Shown piece after piece: positions 51,946 through 60,426 of a stretch of DNA of 64,000 bases; position 1 is the first letter of the stretch; every line of letters starts with the position of its first letter. The translations under genes and the position numbers were made by a program. The notes beneath the pieces were generated by a model. The model was given only the letters and a program-made list of their open reading frames with translations, made no database searches and had not been told where the DNA came from. Source of the stretch: Catenuloplanes sp. NPDC051500 (GTDB lineage Bacteria > Actinomycetota > Actinomycetes > Mycobacteriales > Micromonosporaceae); assembly GCF_044454585.1 (NCBI RefSeq), contig NZ_JBITDX010000004.1:240766-304765 (forward strand), given 5' to 3'.

Positions 51946-52027
51946 AGTGGGCCGGACGTTGCACCATGCGAACCACGCCACCATCGTCCCGGGCCGCCCA
52001 CTATCGGGACGTTTGACCAGCTCAAGC
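51946..52027. repeat. direct repeat copy B
   Basis: gtgggccggacgttgcaccatgcgaaccacgccaccatcgtcccgggccgcccactatcgggacgtttgaccagctcaagcg. Confidence 0.8.
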
Positions 52028-52125
52028 GTTAGACGCTAGCGCTCGGGGCCGTTGACCCCAACAACAGCGGGCTCACCCTCCATGCCGATAGTGGTACCGT
52101 ATTCAGTACCACTTCGGGAGGCATC

Positions 52126-52383
52126 ATGACGTCTGCGATCAGTGCCAGCGAGGCGCGCAAGTCCCTATTTCCACTCATCGAGCGTGTCAACGAGGACCAC
52201 ACCCCGATCGAGATCGTTTCCAAGCGGGGTAACGCCGTCCTGGTGAGCAAGGAGGACTGGGACTCGATCATGGAGACCAACTACCTGCTCCGATCGCCCG
52301 CCAACGCCAAGCGCCTCGTCGAGAGCGTCGAGCAGTGGCGAGCCGGCCGAGCCACCGAACGCGAGTTCGGCCCCGAGGAGTGA
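52126..52383 (+). CDS. yefM: YefM/Phd-family antitoxin
   Basis: SASEARKSLFPLIERVNEDHTPIEIVSKRGNAVLVSKEDWDSIMETNYLLRSP. Confidence 0.85.
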   Translation: MTSAISASEARKSLFPLIERVNEDHTPIEIVSKRGNAVLVSKEDWDSIMETNYLLRSPANAKRLVESVEQWRAGRATEREFGPEE

Positions 52384-52640
52384 AACTCAGCTGGACCGAC
52401 CACGCCTGGGACGACTACCTGTACTGGCAGACCCAGGACCGCAAAACCCTCAAACGCATCAACGCGCTGATCGCCGACATCAAACGCGACCCCGACGGCC
52501 AGGGCATCGGCAAGCCGGAGATCCTCCGAAACAACCTCGCCGGACTCCGGTCCCGTCGCATCGATGACGAGCACCGCATGGTGTACGCCGTCGAGCCCAG
52601 CGAGATCTCCATCATCTCCTGCCGATACCACTACGAGTAG
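52380..52640 (+). CDS. yoeB: YoeB/Txe-family toxin (mRNA interferase)
   Basis: LSWTDHAWDDYLYWQ...RINALIADIKRDP...GIGKPE...HRMVYAV...CRYHY. GTGA overlap with yefM. Confidence 0.85.
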   Translation: MKLSWTDHAWDDYLYWQTQDRKTLKRINALIADIKRDPDGQGIGKPEILRNNLAGLRSRRIDDEHRMVYAVEPSEISIISCRYHYE

Positions 52641-52661
52641 GTCAGGCCTTATCGTTGCTGC

Positions 52662-53799
52662 TCAGCGGCGTTTGGCGAACTCTGCCAAGCGCTCGCTGAG
52701 CGGGCTCACCCGTGGGCGCGGTGGCCGATCGAAGTAGCCCGGCTTGATCTCGCGCATCAGCGTCTCACCGTCCCGGTTCCAGTCGAACCGTGGCCTCTTC
52801 AACAGCCGCCGGAACACGACACTCGCCTTCTCGGGATCTCGAGCAGCCAGCCGGCGCAGGACCATCGGCTCCACACTGTCGTCCTCGATGTAGGACAGCG
52901 TCTGCTCGCGCCACCGGCGGCGCCGCAACAGGTCGGGGTTCGCGAACGCTTCCTCCAGGAGGCCGAACTCCGCGTAGAAGCCGAGTCCGTCCGTCTCGTC
53001 GTAGATCAGCGCAACCGTTTCCGCATCGGTCACCTCCGGCGGCAACGACATCGACACCGCCGGAGGGACGTCCTTCGGGTCCGGCCCGAGAACCGTGTTC
53101 ACGGCAGTAGGTGTAGTAGCCGTCGAGCCGCTCCTGTGCCTGTTCCCCCGGGACCACCAGAAGGTCGGTGCCGAAGAACTCGACGAACCGTGCCCGGTCA
53201 GCACGCTGATGCTTCCACGCCATTGCCATCTTGTCCGGGTTCCGGAACACCGCTTCCGGCGTACGCAAAGACATGTCCAGCGCGAGTCGATAGGCGATGT
53301 CCCGTTCGCTCCCGCGGAGAATCTGTACCGGCCCGCTCAGCATCCACTCGTCACCGACAGCGACCAGCCGGGCGATGATGAACGAGTGGCGCGGCATCTG
53401 CTTGAACACGGCCGGGCCCATGTTCGATCTAACCCGATAGGTCAAGTCGTCGACGAGGCTCTCCACCAGGAGCGCGGGCCCGTCCTTGCGCTGCACCTCG
53501 AACGGGCCCTGCACCACGTCGCGCCAGCCGAGCACCATCTCCCGTTCGGCCTCCGGCAGGTCCGGCCGGGCCTCGACGAACTGCTCCACCACCGTCCGGC
53601 CGTTCGCCAACCGGTGCTCCAGCACGAAACAGTCCCAGAGCAGCATCCACCGCTGCTCATCGGCGTCTTCGCGGCCGTTGCCGTACTGGGCCAGAAAACT
53701 CGACGCAGCCCGGTTGTAGCGGGGCTGCTGAGAAAACGCCACCAGCTCGCCCTTGAGGTCACCCGCCCGTCGGAGCAGCGCGGCATCAGACATCGACAT
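52662..53799 (-). pseudogene. hypothetical protein gene (about 380 aa) disrupted by a frameshift near 53090-53110
   Basis: Frame A (53799 to about 53080) gives a protein-like sequence up to ...ERLDGYYTY, then Arg/Gly-rich nonsense. Frame B becomes protein-like from ...NTVLGPDPKDVPP down to the stop at 52662. Confidence 0.45.
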
Positions 53800-53856
53800 A
53801 CCACCAACCTATGAGCTGCCGGAGTCAGACCGGCACGGGGTGCCTCGTTCGGGTGG

Positions 53857-55086
53857 TCAGTCGGTCAGATATCGAGCGAGGCGTTCGGCGTTGAGTCCCC
53901 GCATCGCGTCCTCCACGGCTTCCGAGTCGGAGAGATCGATACCACGGGCCGTCAGCTCCGCGGCGATCTGCTTGGCCGGACCCCACGCCGCCGTGTCGTC
54001 GAACGCCTCCTCGAACGCGGGAAGGAACGTGTCGACAGCCTCGATCACCGGACTGATCCATACCGGGTCGACCGCACGGTGTTCCAGGGCGTACCGGATC
54101 CAGCGTCGCAACACGTCCGGCAGCGCGGCACGCTGCTCAGCGTCCAGCGCCGCCTTGCGCGGCAACCAGTCGGCCAGGAACAAGCCGACCTGTCCTGGGC
54201 TCCAGCACAGCGGACCGCTGGTCATGTAGCCGGCACCGTAATCCAGGAACAGGTCGGCCAGCGACCTGGCGACCGTGTCGTCGGCCGGCGCGAATCCGTC
54301 CAGCAGTCGTTGCCGTTCCTCATCGTCCATCGGCTGCCAGTCACGGAAGTCCGGCAGGTACGGAAGGCATCGTGACCAGGCCATCGCCCGCAAGTCGAGG
54401 AAGTCCTCGTCATCGTGGCGGGGCCAGGTCATGTCCGTGGTCCGCAGCGCGTCCGCCAGCTCCGCCAGCGCCACCTCGACCGGGCACTCGACGGCCGGCA
54501 TCGGCACCTCGTCGGGCTCACGCAGCCGATCCCAGGTCTCCGCAGCCCCGGGCTGCAGTAACGCCAGCTTGTCGACCAGCACACCGCCGGCGAGGGAGAT
54601 CTGCGCCATCAACGTGTGCGGAGTCTGCCCGGCGAACTCGACGAACAGCACATGCTCGCTGTCCCAGACATCCACCGCTCGCCACGCCCGAACCGGCTCA
54701 AAGACAGGCGCCTCGAACCACGATGGCACAGGCTGACTCTCCGACAAGATCTCCAGGGTGCCATCCAGCATCGACCACTCACCAGGAGCGCCGACACGGC
54801 GCAGCGCCGCCACCGCGGCCAGCCCGTGCGGCAACGGCCGGGTCGACGCCCGGCCCACCACCTCCAGGTGGAACATCTTCTCCGGGTCACGCTCGCCGAG
54901 CCCCGCGGCCGACCATGCCGCGCCGAGCCACTCACTGGCCCACCGCTCCACCTCGAGCACACTGTCCTCGGACACGATCGTCACCGCGTCACGCATCAAC
55001 CGGTCCGACAGCCGCAACTCCCGCACCGGGCGCTGCGGACGCCTCGGCTTACCTCGTCCCGCGGGACGACCACGACTCTTAGGCAT
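53857..55086 (-). CDS. hypothetical acidic protein (410 aa)
   Basis: Protein-like composition with no recognisable motif. Start at Met-23 (MPKSRGRP). Confidence 0.5.
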   Translation of the reverse strand: MPKSRGRPAGRGKPRRPQRPVRELRLSDRLMRDAVTIVSEDSVLEVERWASEWLGAAWSAAGLGERDPEKMFHLEVVGRASTRPLPHGLAAVAALRRVGAPGEWSMLDGTLEILSESQPVPSWFEAPVFEPVRAWRAVDVWDSEHVLFVEFAGQTPHTLMAQISLAGGVLVDKLALLQPGAAETWDRLREPDEVPMPAVECPVEVALAELADALRTTDMTWPRHDDEDFLDLRAMAWSRCLPYLPDFRDWQPMDDEERQRLLDGFAPADDTVARSLADLFLDYGAGYMTSGPLCWSPGQVGLFLADWLPRKAALDAEQRAALPDVLRRWIRYALEHRAVDPVWISPVIEAVDTFLPAFEEAFDDTAAWGPAKQIAAELTARGIDLSDSEAVEDAMRGLNAERLARYLTD

Positions 55087-55186
55087 GTACCCATTTACCG
55101 CATTCAGCCCGGCACAACGCCCGAGCGACCCGCGGTTCGTGCAATGCCACATTCAACCAGCACGAACACGCAGGCCATGCGCAGAG

Positions 55187-55261
55187 TGGGGCCGGCGGGA
55201 CTCGAACCCGCACTGGAACGGACCTAAACCGTTTGCCTCCTGCCAATTGGGCTACGGCCCC
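55187..55261 (-). tRNA. tRNA-like gene with predicted anticodon UAG (Leu-decoding) but class-I architecture (5-nt variable loop, 3-bp D-stem); possibly an atypical or pseudo-tRNA
   Basis: Reverse complement GGGGCCGTAGCCCAATTGGCAGGAGGCAAACGGTTTAGGTCCGTTCCAGTGCGGGTTCGAGTCCCGCCGGCCCCa. It has a perfect 7-bp acceptor stem, a T-arm GCGGG-TTCGAGT-CCCGC and an anticodon arm AACGG-TTTAGGT-CCGTT. CCA is not encoded. Confidence 0.6.
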
Positions 55262-55391
55262 CAAAGCGAAGAACCGGTCACAACCGTCCTGACCGACACT
55301 CCTGTTGCTGCTCGGGATCATAGTTGACCGGAGCTTTTGCGATGTGGCGTAGGTGGCCGATCCGGCTGCGGCAGGCAGGGCGGCGCCGAGG

Positions 55392-55868
55392 TCAGTCGAG
55401 GCCGAGGTCCTTGCGCAGCTTTGCCACGTGGCCGGTGGCCTTCACGTTGTAGAAGGCGTGCTCGATCCGGCCCTCCTCGTCGATCACGAATGTGGAGCGG
55501 ATGACGCCGACGACTGTCTTGCCGTAGAGCTTCTTCTCGCCGAAGGCGCCGTAGGCGGTGAGCGTCTCCTTCTCCGGGTCGGAGACCAGCGGGAAGGTGA
55601 GCGCGTCGTGTTCGCGGAACTTTGCGAGCTTGGCGGGGGTGTCCGGGGAGATGCCGACGACCTCGTAGCCGGAGCCCTTGAGTGACGCGAGCGAGTCGCG
55701 GAAGTCGCAGGCCTGCTTGGTGCAGCCGGGGGTCATGGCGCTTGGGTAGACGTAGAGGATGACCTTGCGTCCGCGCAGGTCCGATAGGGAAAACCGGTCT
55801 CCGGTGTCGGTCGGCAGGGTGAACGAAGGTGCGGTGTCGCCGGCGGCGAGACGGATGGCGTCGGTCAT
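55392..55868 (-). CDS. bcp: thiol peroxidase / peroxiredoxin Bcp
   Basis: YVYPSAMTPGCTKQAC (peroxidatic Cys in a TPGCT context). Internal ATG start at 55868. Confidence 0.85.
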   Translation of the reverse strand: MTDAIRLAAGDTAPSFTLPTDTGDRFSLSDLRGRKVILYVYPSAMTPGCTKQACDFRDSLASLKGSGYEVVGISPDTPAKLAKFREHDALTFPLVSDPEKETLTAYGAFGEKKLYGKTVVGVIRSTFVIDEEGRIEHAFYNVKATGHVAKLRKDLGLD

Positions 55869-55973
55869 GTGCGTCAGGTTACCGGGGCCACACGGAAGGC
55901 CAATTGCAAGTCCTTGGCAACAAGGGGCGCAAGCCAATAGTCTGAGCGCGACCTGAGGAAGGAAGCGGCGCTC

Positions 55974-56666
55974 ATGAATCCTGAGGCACTGCACATCTCG
56001 AACGGTGTCCTCAACGGGCCCGTCTCCATCGCCTACGCCGTGCTCGCCGCCGTCGCGATCGGCGTGTGCGTGGTCAACAGCCGCCGTGACCTGGAGGACC
56101 GCCTGGTCCCGATGGCGGGGCTGGTGGCCGCGTTCATTTTCGCGGTGCAGATGCTCAACTTCCAGGTGCTGCCGGGGGTGAGTGGGCACCTGCTGGGCGG
56201 CGCGCTCGCGGCGATCCTGGTCGGGCCGTGGGTGGGCGCACTGTGCATGACGATCGTGATCACGGCGCAGGCGCTGTTCTTCGCGGACGGCGGCATCACG
56301 GCGCTGGGGCCGAACATCACGAACATGGGGCTGCTGTCGACAGCTGTCGGGTTCGGGGTGACGGCGCTGCTGTTGCGCGTGCTTCCGCGTACCCCCAACG
56401 GCCTGTCGATCTCGGTTTTCGTTGCGGCAGTGGTGAGCGTGGTGGTGGCGTCGCAGAGCTTCGTGCTGCAGTACGCGATCGGCGGCTCGACGCCGCTTGA
56501 CGAGCGGAGCCTGGCGGGCATCGCGGCGGTGATGGGCGGCACGCACCTGCTGATCGGCATCGGTGAGGGGCTGATCAGCGCGGCGACAGTGGCGACTGTC
56601 GCCCGGGTCCGCCCGGATCTGGTCTACGCGCTGCGTGGCCTGAAGAAGAGGGAAGTGGCGGTATGA
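55974..56666 (+). CDS. cbiM: ECF-type Co/Ni transporter substrate-capture component CbiM/NikM
   Basis: N-terminal HISNGVL and multiple TM helices. Confidence 0.8.
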   Translation: MNPEALHISNGVLNGPVSIAYAVLAAVAIGVCVVNSRRDLEDRLVPMAGLVAAFIFAVQMLNFQVLPGVSGHLLGGALAAILVGPWVGALCMTIVITAQALFFADGGITALGPNITNMGLLSTAVGFGVTALLLRVLPRTPNGLSISVFVAAVVSVVVASQSFVLQYAIGGSTPLDERSLAGIAAVMGGTHLLIGIGEGLISAATVATVARVRPDLVYALRGLKKREVAV

Positions 56667-56992
56667 GGAAGTTCATCCTGGCCGGCCTCCTGACGGCGCT
56701 GCTGCTCGCGGGCGTGGTCAGCAGCTTCGCGTCAAGCTCGCCGGACGGGCTCGACTCGGCCTCGACCAAGGGCTGCACGACGGACGCGGACGGCGAGATC
56801 ACCGGCGGCACCTGCATCGCGCAGGGGGCGAAGGACCATGAGCTGGCGGACAGCCCGCTCGCGGATTACAGCATCCGGGGTGTGGAGAACTCGTACCTGT
56901 CGACCGGCCTGTCCGGCATCGCCGGCGTGCTCCTGGTCTTCGGGGTCGCGGGCGGCGCGTTCTGGCTGCTCCGAAGCCGCAAGCGTTCCTGA
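56663..56992 (+). CDS. PDGLE-domain small membrane protein (CbiN/NikL-like accessory component)
   Basis: SSSPDGLDSAS motif between two TM helices. Overlaps both neighbours. Confidence 0.65.
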   Translation: MRKFILAGLLTALLLAGVVSSFASSSPDGLDSASTKGCTTDADGEITGGTCIAQGAKDHELADSPLADYSIRGVENSYLSTGLSGIAGVLLVFGVAGGAFWLLRSRKRS

Positions 56993-57732
56993 TGCTCTAC
57001 CGTGAGGGCGCCACGCCGCTGCACCGGCTCGCCCCCGAGGTGAAGATCGCCGCGACAGTGGCGATCACTGTCGCGATGGTGGCGACGCCGCGGCACGCGT
57101 TCTGGGCGTTCGGCGCCTACGCGCTGATCGTGGTCGCGCTCGCGGTCACCGCGCGGATTCCGGCGGGCTGGCTGGCCAAGCGCAGCCTGGTCGAGACGCC
57201 GTTCGTGCTGCTCGCGCTGATCATGCCGTTCCTCGGCGCGGGCGAGCGGGTCGGCTGGCTCGGCCTGCAACTGTCCGTCGAAGGGCTCTACGGCGGGTTC
57301 AACCTGCTGGTCAAGGGCCTGCTCGGCGTGCTGATCTCGCTCATTCTGGCCGCGACCACGACCACCCGGGACATCATCGTCGGCCTGGACCGGCTGCGCT
57401 GCCCGAAGGAACTCACCCAGATCGCCACGTTCATGCTGCGCTACCTGGACGTGCTGACCGGCGAGGCCCGACGCATGCACGTGGCCCGGCTGGCCCGCGG
57501 CGACGACCCGCGGTTCCTGTGGCAGCTGCGCGGCTTCGCGACCGGCGTCGGCGCGCTTTTCCTGCGCGCGTTCGAGCGGGGTGAGCGCGTCTACCTGGCG
57601 ATGCTGTCCCGCGGATACACCGGCACGCTGTTCCCGCAGAGCCCGGGCGCCGGCGTGGCACAGTGGGCGACGGCCGCGACAGTACCCCTGGTGACGGCCG
57701 CGATCGCGGTGACCGCCACGATCCTCACATGA
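56992..57732 (+). CDS. cbiQ: ECF transporter transmembrane (T) component CbiQ
   Basis: 5-6 TM helices and a conserved C-terminal ARLARG...R region. Confidence 0.8.
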   Translation: MLYREGATPLHRLAPEVKIAATVAITVAMVATPRHAFWAFGAYALIVVALAVTARIPAGWLAKRSLVETPFVLLALIMPFLGAGERVGWLGLQLSVEGLYGGFNLLVKGLLGVLISLILAATTTTRDIIVGLDRLRCPKELTQIATFMLRYLDVLTGEARRMHVARLARGDDPRFLWQLRGFATGVGALFLRAFERGERVYLAMLSRGYTGTLFPQSPGAGVAQWATAATVPLVTAAIAVTATILT

Positions 57733-58478
57733 CCGACGCACCGAGCCTCGACGTCCGCGACGTCGGCTTCGCCTATCCGGACGGCCACCGCGCGCTGGAC
57801 GGCGTCACCCTGACCGTCGGGCGCGGCGAGCGCGTCGCGCTGCTCGGGCCGAACGGCGCCGGCAAGACCACGCTGGTCCTGCACCTGAACGGCATCCTCA
57901 CCGGCGGCACCGGCTCGGTGACGGTCGCCGGGCTCACGGTCGCCAAGGACCGCGGCACGCTCACCGAGATCCGCCGCCGGGTCGGCATCGTCTTCCAGGA
58001 CCCGGACGACCAGCTGTTCCTGCCGACCGTGGCCGAGGACGTGGCGTTCGGCCCGGCGAACCTGGGGCTGCGCGGCGCGGAGCTGGCCGCGCGGGTCGAC
58101 GAGGCGCTCGACGCGGTGGGCATGCGCGAGCACCGGGAGCGGATCCCGTCGCACCTGAGTTTCGGCCAGCGGCGCCGGGTGGCGGTGGCGACAGTGCTGG
58201 CGATGCGGCCGGAGATCCTGGTGCTCGACGAGCCCAGCTCCAACCTCGATCCGGCGTCCCGGCGCGAGCTGGCGGACATCCTGCGCGGCCTGCCGGTGAC
58301 GGTGCTGATGGTCACCCACGATCTGCCCTACGCGCTCGAACTCTGTGACCGCTCGGTCATCCTCGACGACGGCCGCATCGTGGCGGACGGCCCGACCCGC
58401 ACGCTTCTCGCCGACCCGGGTCTGCTCGCGAAACACCGCCTCGAACTGCCCTACGGCTTCTCCGTCCCCACCCCATAG
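57729..58478 (+). CDS. cbiO: ECF transporter ATPase CbiO
   Basis: Walker A GPNGAGKTT, LSFGQRRRV signature, Walker B ILVLDEPSS. ATGA overlap with cbiQ. Confidence 0.9.
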   Translation: MTDAPSLDVRDVGFAYPDGHRALDGVTLTVGRGERVALLGPNGAGKTTLVLHLNGILTGGTGSVTVAGLTVAKDRGTLTEIRRRVGIVFQDPDDQLFLPTVAEDVAFGPANLGLRGAELAARVDEALDAVGMREHRERIPSHLSFGQRRRVAVATVLAMRPEILVLDEPSSNLDPASRRELADILRGLPVTVLMVTHDLPYALELCDRSVILDDGRIVADGPTRTLLADPGLLAKHRLELPYGFSVPTP

Positions 58479-58480
58479 AG

Positions 58481-58590
58481 CCAGTTCATCTTCCCGCTCA
58501 CGCGGTGGTCCGGCCCGCACGCTCCCGCGGGCACCGGTCGTCGCCCAGGGGCTCCTCCCTTCCGGTTCCGCGGTGGTCCAGGGGGACGGT
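58481..58590. mobile_element. partial (left-end) copy of the MITE-like repeat
   Basis: TTCATCTTCCCGCTCACGCGGTGGTCCGGCCCGCACGCTCCCGCGGGCACCGGTCG...CTCCCTTCCGGTTCCGCGGTGG is about 90% identical to 41465-41560. Confidence 0.6.
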
Positions 58591-59667
58591 TCAGCCGTCG
58601 GCGGGCTCGTCGAGCGCGGCCTTGAGGGTGAGCGGTGAGCGGGGAGCACGCGCGGCCGCGGACGTCCCGCCTGTCGTGACCGCCGCCGCGCGCATGCGCA
58701 GGACCGCGGCGGCCGTCAGCCCGAAGCCCAGCGCGAGCGCCAGCAGGTCGAGCACCCGGGCCACCACGGGCGGCCACGGCGCGGGCACGACGGAGTTGAC
58801 AAGCGCGCCCGCGTTCGCCAGGCCGACGAAGACGCCGATGCAGATGCCGGCCAGCGCGAGCGCGAAGTCGGCGGACGGGCGCCGGGCCAGCGTGAACGCG
58901 GCGGCGGCCAGCCCGCCGAGACCGGTGAGCGCGGGCCAGAGCTGCGTGGAGGCCAGGGCGGGAAGCGCGGTGCCGAGCGTGTCGTTGCCCGCGTCGAGCT
59001 CCCGGCCGACCGTGTAGGCGAGCGCGGACAGGCCACCGGCGGCGGACGCCAGCGCCAGCAGCCAGGGCGTCAGCCGTGCGCGGAGCAGGCCGAGCAGCGC
59101 GACAAGCGCGCCGGTCAGCACCACGGCGGCCCACCAGGTGCCGGCGTAGGGCGGTGGCTGCCAGTCGAGCGTGCCGGTGACGGTGATCAGGGAGACGCCG
59201 TCGCGGAGGATGACGGTCCAATCCCGTACCCGCTGAGGTTGGCCTGGGTCTGCGGTCACGGCCGGGGGTGGCGTGTCGCTCATCCAGTAGGTGCGGTGAT
59301 CGTGCCAGCGGACCGTGGGCGAGTCGGAGATCTGGCGCCAGGCCGGCGGCACGGTCGGGCCCGCGGTGGCCGGGATTGCCGTGGACGTGCTGATGCTCGC
59401 GTTCAGGTAGGTGGCGGCCGAGTTGACGTTCTCCCACACGCCGGCCGGGGAGATACGCAGGTAGGGCTCGTTCTCGTAGCCCAGCACCTCGATCTCGCGG
59501 GCCGAGGTGCTGGTCAGCTCCAGCCGGGAGCCGGCCTCGATCACCCGGACCCGGACGCCGGGCGTGGCGGGCGAGACGCCGGTGATCTCGGCGCGGTAGT
59601 TGGTCCCGGCCGGGGCCTCACCGCCGTGGGCGAGCGCGGGCGCGGCCGGGACCGGCGTGACGAGCAC
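58591..59667 (-). CDS. hypothetical secreted/membrane protein (N-terminal beta-rich domain + C-terminal multi-TM region); start codon uncertain
   Basis: The protein-like sequence begins around ...LAAAVAIGVLVTPVPAAPALAHGGEAPAGTNYRAEITGV. The only canonical start in frame after the dsbA stop is GTG 59667, which leaves a very short signal sequence. The upstream part of the track ORF overlaps dsbA and is rejected. Confidence 0.45.
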   Translation of the reverse strand: MLVTPVPAAPALAHGGEAPAGTNYRAEITGVSPATPGVRVRVIEAGSRLELTSTSAREIEVLGYENEPYLRISPAGVWENVNSAATYLNASISTSTAIPATAGPTVPPAWRQISDSPTVRWHDHRTYWMSDTPPPAVTADPGQPQRVRDWTVILRDGVSLITVTGTLDWQPPPYAGTWWAAVVLTGALVALLGLLRARLTPWLLALASAAGGLSALAYTVGRELDAGNDTLGTALPALASTQLWPALTGLGGLAAAAFTLARRPSADFALALAGICIGVFVGLANAGALVNSVVPAPWPPVVARVLDLLALALGFGLTAAAVLRMRAAAVTTGGTSAAARAPRSPLTLKAALDEPADG

Positions 59668-59696
59668 GCCGATCGCGACCGCGGCCGCGAGACGGG

Positions 59697-60413
59697 TTAC
59701 TTGACTGCGGATTCGACGGCCGTGGTCAGGCCGGTGGCCGAGCGGTCCTGAAGCACGGTCCCGGCGACGAGGACTGTCGGCGTGCCGGTCACCCCGCGCT
59801 CGCTCGCCTTGTCCGTGATCTGTGCGCTCCACGTCTTGTATCTTCCGTCCTTCACGCATTGTGTGAAGGAGTCCCCCAGACCCAACCCGGTGCCGAGCGA
59901 GATCAGCTTGTCGTCGTCGAGGCCGGGCGTGTTCTCCTCCGGGCGGTTCTGGAAGAGCACCGAGTGGTATTCGGCGAACGTGCCTCCGTCCGCGGCACAA
60001 GCGGCGGCGCCGGACGCACGGGTGGAGTAGTCGGTGCCCTGCGAGAAGCGGTCCAGGATCGCGATCGGGTGGTAGACCACCGTGACCTTGGCGTCCTTGA
60101 CCAGCTGGTCGATGGTGGCGGCGGCGCCGCTCTCGAACTGGCCGCAGGCCGGGCACATGAAGTCCTCGTAGACGTCGACCGTGACCGGGCCGGTGCCGAC
60201 CGCGAAGCCGCTGCCGTCAGCGGTGGCGGCCGTGGGCGTGAAGACCTCGCCGGTGCGCTGCGAGGCGAAGACGCCGTACCCGATCACACCTGCCACGAGC
60301 AGCGCGGCGACCGCGGCCACCGAGATCCACACCGTGGCCCGGCGGCGCTGCTCCTTGGCGAGCTGCTCGCGTACCATCCGGTTCGCCTGTTTTTGATCTT
60401 TGCGAGAACTCAT
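59697..60413 (-). CDS. membrane-anchored DsbA-family thiol:disulfide oxidoreductase
   Basis: N-terminal TM anchor and a thioredoxin fold with the FMCPAC active site. Confidence 0.85.
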   Translation of the reverse strand: MSSRKDQKQANRMVREQLAKEQRRRATVWISVAAVAALLVAGVIGYGVFASQRTGEVFTPTAATADGSGFAVGTGPVTVDVYEDFMCPACGQFESGAAATIDQLVKDAKVTVVYHPIAILDRFSQGTDYSTRASGAAACAADGGTFAEYHSVLFQNRPEENTPGLDDDKLISLGTGLGLGDSFTQCVKDGRYKTWSAQITDKASERGVTGTPTVLVAGTVLQDRSATGLTTAVESAVK

Positions 60414-60426
60414 GCCTTCTACCTCG

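Noticed and set aside
55187-55261. Calling the tRNA a standard tRNA-Leu(UAG)
   Set aside because: The length (74 nt plus discriminator) and 5-nt variable loop are incompatible with class-II tRNA-Leu, so it is reported as atypical or uncertain instead.
55869-55973. Cobalamin or NiCo riboswitch upstream of cbiM
   Set aside because: The leader is only about 105 nt and lacks a recognisable B12-box. I cannot exclude a short metal-sensing RNA without a covariance-model scan.
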